Of a DNA stretch of 32,000 nt, positions 17,630-24,611 are shown in pieces; position 1 is the stretch's first letter; each line of letters opens with the position of its first letter. The notes under the pieces are model-generated. The model did not search any database, had not been told where the DNA came from, and saw only the letters and a program-made list of their open reading frames with translations. Location of the stretch: assembly GCF_000019605.1 (NCBI RefSeq), contig NC_010482.1:870001-902000 (forward strand), written 5' to 3'. This stretch comes from Candidatus Korarchaeum cryptofilum OPF8. Its GTDB lineage: Archaea; Korarchaeota; Korarchaeia; Korarchaeales; Korarchaeaceae. Position numbers and translations under genes: made by a program.

Positions 17630-19104
17630 ATGCCCGAGCAACCGCCATCACCTCTCAAATCAGCGCAACCTATCCTCAATCCATCCCCCCTCATGCAAGT
17701 GAGAGCGGCCACGCCGAGCCTCGATGGATACCTCCTCAAATCAACTTTCACACCGCTCCCAATCTCCAGCCCCTCCTCAGCGACTAGAATCCCCTTTGAG
17801 AGATCGAAATAAGCCCTAGGGAAGTCTAAGGCTTCCCTTAGGTCCATGCCGAATTTGAATATGTTCGTAGAGAGCCACCAGTGTATCTGAGGCCTGTAAT
17901 GACCACCAGAAGTTCCTATGACATACCAATCATCATCTAACTCAAAGATAAGGGAGGATAGCGTGTGTAAAGTCCTCTTTCCAGGTTCAAGCCTGTTCAC
18001 ATGATCTTCTTTCAACGAGAAGCTCGATGCCCTGCAGTTAAGCGTTATCTGATAGTTAGGCTCAGTTACTCCGGAGCCGAAAGCATAGAATATACTCTGA
18101 ATCCCAGCTACCATCATACCATCTCGATCTATCACGCTGAAGAAAGTGGTGTCCCCATCATCCATCCTCCCCGGAGCTGCGCCTTCGAGCGAGGAGGGAT
18201 GGAGCAGCTCCTCAACCCTCACCCCCATGAACTTAGGATCCGTCAAATACCTGTCCCTTATGCTGTAAGCTCTCTCAGATATCTCTATCAGCTTCCTCAA
18301 CCTGCTCCAGGATCTTGGGCCATCTAAAGCTTCGGTGAGCATCATCATGTGCAGAGTCGTTATCCCCTGAGTCGGAGGGGGCATCTCGTACGCCACTCCT
18401 CCCCAGATGCGAGCTGATATCGGTCTCCCCTCCCCCGCCCTGTATTCAGATAGGTCCTCGATTGAGAGCAGACCTCCCCTCTTCCTGACATAGCTAACGA
18501 TCTTCTGAGCTATCTCTCCCTCATAAAATTCTCTAGGATCCTCTGAAATTATTTCTAGGGCCCTAGCGAGCCCTTTAAAATTATGCCTAGATCCAGTCGC
18601 CCCTATGCTGAGGTATGTTGATGAAGACCCCTCGTCGGATGATAAGAGCTCTCTATTCGACTTGACAGCTTCCGAAAGGCTTTTGCTCACTGGAAATCCT
18701 TTTTCAGCGAGCTTCACGACTCTCGAGACTAAGGAGCTCCACTCCATACTTCCGTAGAGCTTCCACATGAGGTGTAAAGCATCCAAGTAACCCGGTACTG
18801 TTATCGAGAGGGGTCCCCTCTCCGGCATCTCATTGAATCCCCTTCTGAATAACTCATCCCTGCTCAACTCATAGGGGGAAGGGCCAGCTCCATCTATGAA
18901 CTTGATCTCCTCCCCCCTCTTCACTAGGGCGAAGAAATCCCCTCCCAACCCGCTGAGGTGAGGGAGGAGTACTGAGAGAGCTAGGGAGGCTACTACAGAT
19001 GCATCTACGGCATTTCCCCCATCCCTCAGGACTTCAGCCGCTACAGTAGATGCTAGATAATGTTCAGAGGCGACGACGCTATCGTAAGTCATGAAGGGAT
19101 GCAT
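17626..19104 (-). CDS. ggt: gamma-glutamyltransferase (Ntn hydrolase)
   Basis: GGNAVDA, LSGLGGDFF, the nucleophile region DDGDTTFFSVIDRDGMMVAGIQSI, and TSGG. 492 aa. Confidence 0.9.
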   Translation of the reverse strand: MHPFMTYDSVVASEHYLASTVAAEVLRDGGNAVDASVVASLALSVLLPHLSGLGGDFFALVKRGEEIKFIDGAGPSPYELSRDELFRRGFNEMPERGPLSITVPGYLDALHLMWKLYGSMEWSSLVSRVVKLAEKGFPVSKSLSEAVKSNRELLSSDEGSSSTYLSIGATGSRHNFKGLARALEIISEDPREFYEGEIAQKIVSYVRKRGGLLSIEDLSEYRAGEGRPISARIWGGVAYEMPPPTQGITTLHMMMLTEALDGPRSWSRLRKLIEISERAYSIRDRYLTDPKFMGVRVEELLHPSSLEGAAPGRMDDGDTTFFSVIDRDGMMVAGIQSIFYAFGSGVTEPNYQITLNCRASSFSLKEDHVNRLEPGKRTLHTLSSLIFELDDDWYVIGTSGGHYRPQIHWWLSTNIFKFGMDLREALDFPRAYFDLSKGILVAEEGLEIGSGVKVDLRRYPSRLGVAALTCMRGDGLRIGCADLRGDGGCSGI

Positions 19105-19143
19105 CTAAAATTGTGAGAGGATAATTGAAAAATTTTACTGTAT

Positions 19144-20157
19144 TCACTTCCTCGGGGGATCCTCCATGAGGCTCTTGACTAGCTTCAGAGAGTTCTCTAT
19201 ATCGCTGACTTTAGCTAGGGCTTGAGGCGAATGTATATACCTGGCCGGGACTGAGATCACTCCTACAGCTACCCCATCCCCGCTCAAGCTTATAGGCGCA
19301 GCATCCGTGCTGCTCACCGGGGATAGCTGGAGCTGGTAGGGGATCCCTAATCCTTCAGCTCTAGCTATAATCGATTCCAGTAGCCATCCCTTGACTATCA
19401 ATCCCCTATCCATCACCCTTATCGCCGGCCCCTTCCCCAGTTGAGTTATATAGTTGTACTCCTGGACCTCGGGTACATCCGATGCTATAGTACCCTCCAA
19501 GACGAAGGCAAGGTCTGGCCTCACTCTATTGGCCGCTACTTGGGCGCCCCTGAGCCCCCTCTCCTCCTCGCAAGTGAAAACAGCATATATTTTTTCACCA
19601 GGTTCCACGCTCTTCAATGCCTCAGCGAGCAGGAAGCATCCTAATCTATCGTCCAATGCCTTCCCAATTAAAGACCCTGTCTCGGGTTGATATATGAACG
19701 GAGAATCGAAGGTTATTAGAGTGCCCGGCCTTATCCCGAGGCTCCTAGCCTCCTCTCCGCTGGAAGCACCCACATCCACGTAAAGCTCATCCATCTTAGG
19801 GATCTTCTCCTCACCCATGTGAGCTGGAAGAGTGCCCACTATTCCCCTGAGCTTCACTTTCCCGTGAACAACTACCCTCTGAGCGACTAATTGCGATGGG
19901 CTGAGGCCTCCAAGGGCTACTACTCTGAGGAAGCCCCTCTCATCTATATGCCTCACCATCATGGCCACTTCATCCATGTGAGCCGCGAACATCACTTTCC
20001 TCCCGCTCCCCTTCACAGCGTATAAGTTCCCGAACCCGTCCTCTTGGAGCTCATCTACTCTGCCCTCTAGCTCCTCCTTCAAGATCTCCCTGACCTCATC
20101 CTCAAAACCCGGCGGAGCAGATGCTAGGGAAAGCCTCTCCAGGAGCTTCAAATCCAT
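19144..20157 (-). CDS. M42-family (TET/FrvX-type) aminopeptidase
   Basis: APPGFEDEVR, FAAHMDEV, GKALDDRLGC, FTCEEERGLRGA, RYIHSP. These are the typical M42 metal-ligand blocks. Confidence 0.9.
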   Translation of the reverse strand: MDLKLLERLSLASAPPGFEDEVREILKEELEGRVDELQEDGFGNLYAVKGSGRKVMFAAHMDEVAMMVRHIDERGFLRVVALGGLSPSQLVAQRVVVHGKVKLRGIVGTLPAHMGEEKIPKMDELYVDVGASSGEEARSLGIRPGTLITFDSPFIYQPETGSLIGKALDDRLGCFLLAEALKSVEPGEKIYAVFTCEEERGLRGAQVAANRVRPDLAFVLEGTIASDVPEVQEYNYITQLGKGPAIRVMDRGLIVKGWLLESIIARAEGLGIPYQLQLSPVSSTDAAPISLSGDGVAVGVISVPARYIHSPQALAKVSDIENSLKLVKSLMEDPPRK

Positions 20158-20229
20158 AAGATCACCTCAGATGAGAGTACGTCAGCAGTTCCCAAAAAAG
20201 TTAACTTATAACTCCTATGTACGTAGATC

Positions 20230-20415
20230 GCGGAGGAACTAAAGCCTGTGCCCGATATGTGGGGGAAGGTTAGCTCCGAATGGGAATAGGCTGCTGAGAT
20301 GCCCGCGTTGCGGTTACGAAAATGATAGGCATAATAGCGGGCATGCTCAGGATGAGAGGAACTGTTGCCCCTGAAAGCCACCGAAGCCAAGGCTGAGGTG
20401 GAACGGATAGTTAAA
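20230..20415. ncRNA. candidate structured non-coding RNA (class and strand unresolved)
   Basis: The gap between two minus-strand genes is 258 nt, against typical gaps of 0-45 nt here.
- A 13-bp helix with one bulge: CTGAGATGCCCGC (20294-20306) paired with GCGGGCAtGCTCAG (20337-20350).
- A hairpin CCACC-GA-AGC-CAAG-GCT-GA-GGTGG (20378-20401) with tandem G.A pairs.
- A helix CGGAG (20231-20235) paired with CTCCG (20274-20278).
- A plus-strand TATA-like TTAACTTATAA (20201-20211) sits about 25 nt upstream of GCGGAGG. Confidence 0.35.
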
Positions 20416-21195
20416 CTATCCGACAACGGTGAGCATCCCTCCATCTATTGGAATGAGGGCGCCGGATATATAAGATGCCCTCTCACTGCACAGAAACGCT
20501 ATCAAATCCCCCACTTCCTCTGGCTTACCGAACCTCCTCAGGGGTATCTCCTTAGATGCTTCCTCCTCCATCTGCTCGAGAGTTATGCCTAGTTCCTCAG
20601 CTTTAAAAGCTAATAGCTCCCTCTGGCGCTCGGTCATTATCCTGCCCGGCATGATCCCGTTTACCGTGACTTCCGGAGCTAGCTCCCTCGATAATACCTT
20701 TATCAGGCCAGCCAGGCCCGTCCTGACGACTGAGGATAGGGGTATATTCATGTTCACCTCCTTCACGGCCGTTGAAGTTATTAGGACTACCCTTCCCCAT
20801 CCCCTCTCCTTCATCCTGTAACCGAAGAGCCTGGATAGCCTGACTGAGCTCATCACGAGCAAGTCGAATGCTTCATACCAATCTTTATCATCCAGATCCC
20901 TGAATCTGGCTATCCTGGGACCTCCATAGCTGATAACTAATATATCAGCTCCTCCTAGCTCCTCAGCCCTCCCATAGAGCTCCGATATGTCCTCAGCTTT
21001 CCTCAGATCCGAGGCCTTGAAGTGAACCTCCCCGTACCTTGAGAGCTCCTCAGCAGCTTTCTTGAGTTTCTCCTCGCTTCTCGAGGATATTAGGACCCTA
21101 GAACCTTCCTTCAGGAGAGATATCGCTGATGCCTTCCCCATCCCGGAGCTGGCTCCAGTTAAGACAGCTAACTTGCCCCTTAGACCGAGATCCAT
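20416..21195 (-). CDS. short-chain dehydrogenase/reductase (SDR, 3-oxoacyl-ACP-reductase-like)
   Basis: TGASSGMG cofactor motif. The classical YxxxK is not obvious (NMNIPLSSVVRTGLAGLIKVLSRE). 259 aa with an overall FabG-like pattern. Confidence 0.85.
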   Translation of the reverse strand: MDLGLRGKLAVLTGASSGMGKASAISLLKEGSRVLISSRSEEKLKKAAEELSRYGEVHFKASDLRKAEDISELYGRAEELGGADILVISYGGPRIARFRDLDDKDWYEAFDLLVMSSVRLSRLFGYRMKERGWGRVVLITSTAVKEVNMNIPLSSVVRTGLAGLIKVLSRELAPEVTVNGIMPGRIMTERQRELLAFKAEELGITLEQMEEEASKEIPLRRFGKPEEVGDLIAFLCSERASYISGALIPIDGGMLTVVG

Positions 21196-21203
21196 AGGCT
21201 ATG

Positions 21204-22481
21204 CTAGCGCCATTTTCCTAAAAACTTTTTCAGGATTATCGCTATGATGAGAATCGCTAAGAGAGATGAGATGATTGTGAACCTAGAGTTGTAACATCTA
21301 TAAGTAGCGATGGGCTTCCCGTAGTTCAGGATCGTTACCTCGTAGAAGGGGAGGAAGCCCGTATCTACACTAGCTTTGGTCCCATTGTAGATCCTACCCT
21401 GGGCGCTTATCCCGATCTTCCCCTCTCCTCTAACCTCAACTAAGCCATCAGGCGAGAGCTTAACCTCCAAGCCGCTCAAATTCACATCTCTCTCAACCTC
21501 AAGGCCGTTCAAATCCTTCAACTTTAATTTGAAGCTCCCAGAGCTTCCTACAGGTATGAAGGATTCTCTCGAAACTTCAGCTCTCCCGGAGCTTCCATTG
21601 AGCTCATAGTTCAGCTCTCCCCTCACCCATTCCGGTATGTCCCAGCTGAGCAATATCCCATAGCTCTTCCCCTCAACCCTCAATTTAGATAGATCCGCGA
21701 ATATGTGCAGTGTGCCATTCGAATCCAACGAGGCCACGATTCCATCGAAGGAATATATCGAGTAACCGGGCACCTCTATCCTCTGAAGCACCCTCCCGCT
21801 CTCGGAATTGAGTACAGCTATTTCCTTCCCCTGCAGGGCCACGAAGAAGAGTCCATCGGATGAACTCAGCTTCAAGGGTATGCAGCAGCAGCATAACTTA
21901 TTAGTCCAAGCTATCCCCCTCTCGTTGAAAGCGAAGACCTCACAATCCTTCGAAGCAACGCACATTATTTTACCAGATACATCTACATCGAATATTTGAG
22001 TGTTCAACCCCGCTCTGATGGATATTCCATCCTCCGATAGGAGAATAGCTTCATCTCTATCAACTACCGCCAGGAAATTCCCATCCTTCGACCACTTAGC
22101 AATTCTAGGCCTTAAATCGAACTTCCTCTCATGACCATCTATCCTCAGTGTGAGGCCGTCCTTGAGTATCGCGTAACGATCCTCCGAGTAAGGGATGAAG
22201 GAGCAGCCCTCGCATCTAGCCACTTCCCTGAGCTCTGGTAACTTCAGGAGACTCCCTCCGCACTGTATGAATATATCCCTCCCCCCTAATAGCTTGCAAT
22301 CGCTCATGTTGAGGGGCTTCCCCATTAAGAGGAGCTCCTCATTCTGAATAGCGATCAAATCTTTGTTAAATGCGAAGGTCTTCGCGTTAATATCTAGCCT
22401 AGATATCTCGAGGTATGGGAGGGCTTGGGATCCCGTTATGGGGAGGAGGAGGATCAGCAGGAGGATCAGCTTAGCATGCAT
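21204..22481 (-). CDS. secreted, C-terminally membrane-anchored protein with beta-propeller-like repeats; function unknown
   Basis: Signal peptide MHAKLILLLILLLPITGSQA. C-terminal TM anchor IISSLLAILIIAIILKKFLGKWR. Repetitive beta-strand-rich middle region, Cys-rich including CCCC. I recognise no family. Confidence 0.7.
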   Translation of the reverse strand: MHAKLILLLILLLPITGSQALPYLEISRLDINAKTFAFNKDLIAIQNEELLLMGKPLNMSDCKLLGGRDIFIQCGGSLLKLPELREVARCEGCSFIPYSEDRYAILKDGLTLRIDGHERKFDLRPRIAKWSKDGNFLAVVDRDEAILLSEDGISIRAGLNTQIFDVDVSGKIMCVASKDCEVFAFNERGIAWTNKLCCCCIPLKLSSSDGLFFVALQGKEIAVLNSESGRVLQRIEVPGYSIYSFDGIVASLDSNGTLHIFADLSKLRVEGKSYGILLSWDIPEWVRGELNYELNGSSGRAEVSRESFIPVGSSGSFKLKLKDLNGLEVERDVNLSGLEVKLSPDGLVEVRGEGKIGISAQGRIYNGTKASVDTGFLPFYEVTILNYGKPIATYRCYNSRFTIISSLLAILIIAIILKKFLGKWR

Positions 22482-22540
22482 CCCCCCAACTCACTGTGAA
22501 AGTTTTTAAACTTGTCTTCACCTCCGCTCCTGTGGGAGAA

Positions 22541-23611
22541 ATGAGGAGCTCAATAATAATTCTGATCCTCCTGCTGATCAACTTCGCCCCCCTCCTAGCT
22601 GAAAAACCTCCTAGTGTTGCTATAATAAGCAATAAGGCTGATGAGCCTACAGCCATATTCTTAGGCGGTCTCTTGAGCGAATCCAGGGTACAATTCGATA
22701 TACTTGGGCCAAGGGATTTCCAGAGGGCTCTGGAGAACTACGATGTCATAATACTGTTGGGAGGTCCCAAGGCTTACGATGGAGTAGGGGAGATCTCCTC
22801 AAATTACATACCACCTGAAAACGCCACGAATTTGATAAACGAGCCCAGGACCTTCCTAATTTCGATATACAAAGGTGGAAGGGATATAATAGTTATAGCG
22901 GGCCACACGAGGCAGGAGACGAAGGAAGCTGTGCCTTACTTCTTCAGGGATCCTATAAGGGTTACTAAGCTCTGGAGGTGGGCGGGCTATCCAGTCGACT
23001 TCAGGGATGGGAGTTACTCCATATACTACGTTGAGAAATGGCTCTATGATAACGAATCCATGAAATTTTACTCTGTTCCCTGGGGATCCGAGGTCATTAA
23101 GGCGAATAAAGTCACCTTGAATGGCAGCAGCTTCTTCAACGTCACTTACAAATCTAGCTACATATATTTGGGGGTTAATTACACATCGATCGATTACTAC
23201 ATAGTGGATGAGCTCAACAGGCCTAAGAAGTGCGTCTTCGTCCAGCTCACGAATGGTGAGGTCTCGAGTAAGGTGGAAAGGTGCCCGAGCGGTGATAGTG
23301 GCTTGGGAGGGACTCAGGTATATGTCACGTTCAAGATGGAGGATTATGGGAACAGGACCGAGTTCGAGATAGCTGGGAATCCAGTGAGGAGGAGCAGGAT
23401 CTACCAGATAGGTGATAAGAGTATTAGGGCAGTTCTAGTGATAAAGTACGCGATGAGGTACCCGAGTTGGGAAGCCCTGGCCCCCTTCCAGTTGATGTAC
23501 GTGAACCCATCCCTACCCTTCGGGGGGAGGGTCATAGAGGTCAATAACAGGTTCCTGGAGGGGGTGCCCGTGACGGATACGGTGCTCAAGCTCTATCAGT
23601 ATAAGCCTTGA
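22541..23611 (+). CDS. secreted protein with multiple N-glycosylation sequons; function unknown
   Basis: The track ORF is 22496..23611. I prefer the ATG at 22541 (MRSSIIILILLLINFAPLLA), which follows GGGAG and is a better signal peptide. Sequons: NAT, NES, NGS, NVT, NYT, NRT. Confidence 0.7.
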   Translation: MRSSIIILILLLINFAPLLAEKPPSVAIISNKADEPTAIFLGGLLSESRVQFDILGPRDFQRALENYDVIILLGGPKAYDGVGEISSNYIPPENATNLINEPRTFLISIYKGGRDIIVIAGHTRQETKEAVPYFFRDPIRVTKLWRWAGYPVDFRDGSYSIYYVEKWLYDNESMKFYSVPWGSEVIKANKVTLNGSSFFNVTYKSSYIYLGVNYTSIDYYIVDELNRPKKCVFVQLTNGEVSSKVERCPSGDSGLGGTQVYVTFKMEDYGNRTEFEIAGNPVRRSRIYQIGDKSIRAVLVIKYAMRYPSWEALAPFQLMYVNPSLPFGGRVIEVNNRFLEGVPVTDTVLKLYQYKP

Positions 23612-23620
23612 GGTGAGATA

Positions 23621-24505
23621 ATGCAAGTTGAGGTCTTTAAAGTGAAATTATCAGATCTCCTCTGTCTCACGAAGCCTAAGCAGACGTTCCTCCTTCTCTT
23701 GACATCTATATTCACATATGTGGGTGCTGGAGGGATGAGGCTCGATGCACTCCTGCTCCTGACAGCTGCCATGCTACTCTCGATATCGGGCACTACCTCA
23801 GTTAACATGGCTCTAGATGCTGATATAGATGCTATGATGCCCAGGACTAAGGATAGGCCAGTCCCCTCAGGCAGGGTTTCCAGGGTAGAAGCCCTCTCAT
23901 TCGGCCTCCTCCTCTTCATCGTCGGGCTCGGCCTCTCCTACCTCATAAATCCGTGGACAGCTTTCGCTACATCCCTGGGTATGGCCTTCGATATACTCGT
24001 TTACACGATGTGGACGAAGAGGCGCACCCCTCTATCCATAATCTTCGGGGGGGTCGCCGGAGCGGCTCCTTCGCTAGCTGGATGGGCTGCGGCTAGAGGA
24101 TCGATAGAACTTCAGGCGATCATGATAGCCCTCATCACCATCCTCTGGATCCCCTCCCACATATGGTACATCTCCATCTACTATCTGGATGATTACGCAG
24201 CTGCTAGAGTCCCAATGGCCCCGGTAGTCTGGGGTATAGAGAGGACCTCCAAGCTGATAGTGGCTTCAAACGTACTCATGATAATACTTCAGCTGCTCCT
24301 CTTCCTCATGGGCCCTCTCGGTCCTATATTCTTAGTCCTCTCACTACCGATAACGCTCAGGTTCCTCATACACTCGATAAGGTACGCTAGGAGCCCGAGC
24401 AGGGGGGAGGCGAGGAGGATGTACAAAGTGGCGAGCCCAGTTGAGGGCGTTATCTTCCTGGCCATAGCGTTAGATGGCATATTTAGGATCCTCTGGAGCT
24501 CATGA
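23621..24505 (+). CDS. ctaB: protoheme IX farnesyltransferase (heme O synthase), UbiA superfamily
   Basis: LTKPKQTFLLL, NMALDADIDAMMPRTKDRPVPSGRV, YTMWTKRRTP, GGVAGAAPSLAGWAA, WIPSHIWYISIYYLDDYAAARVPMAPVV. These are the CtaB/CyoE blocks rather than the DGGGP-synthase blocks. Confidence 0.85.
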   Translation: MQVEVFKVKLSDLLCLTKPKQTFLLLLTSIFTYVGAGGMRLDALLLLTAAMLLSISGTTSVNMALDADIDAMMPRTKDRPVPSGRVSRVEALSFGLLLFIVGLGLSYLINPWTAFATSLGMAFDILVYTMWTKRRTPLSIIFGGVAGAAPSLAGWAAARGSIELQAIMIALITILWIPSHIWYISIYYLDDYAAARVPMAPVVWGIERTSKLIVASNVLMIILQLLLFLMGPLGPIFLVLSLPITLRFLIHSIRYARSPSRGEARRMYKVASPVEGVIFLAIALDGIFRILWSS

Positions 24506-24548
24506 ATCCCCATGCTCGCTTGAATGCGGAGATTTGAATGGGATCTCT

Positions 24549-24590
24549 GAGGCCTGTGGTGGCCTCGGGTCATCCCTAAATTTTTAATAA
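24549..24590 (+). terminator. hairpin plus T-run after ctaB (also overlaps a TATA-like box for the next gene)
   Basis: GAGGCC-TGTGGT-GGCCTC (24549-24566) is followed by AAATTTTTAATAA (24578-24590). Confidence 0.4.
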
Positions 24591-24611
24591 TTCTAGCCAC
24601 AGAGCTAAGCG

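Noticed and set aside
20318-20376. Possible C/D-box sRNA (AUGAUAG ... CUCA ... GGAUGAGA ... CUGA)
   Set aside because: The C box is imperfect and D' is degenerate. The spacing from the C'-like box to the D box is about 15 nt, not the 10-12 nt typical of archaeal C/D sRNAs. There is no terminal stem.
20148-20444. 98-aa minus-strand ORF spanning the whole 258-nt gap between the SDR and M42 genes
   Set aside because: It overlaps both neighbours. It is Ser/His/Tyr-rich and low in complexity. It uses CGT/CGC/CGG, TCA/TCG, CAT and TAT codons, in contrast to the AGG/ATA/CTC/GAG bias of every confident gene here. It has no SD and no recognisable domain. I treat the region as non-coding (a candidate RNA) instead.
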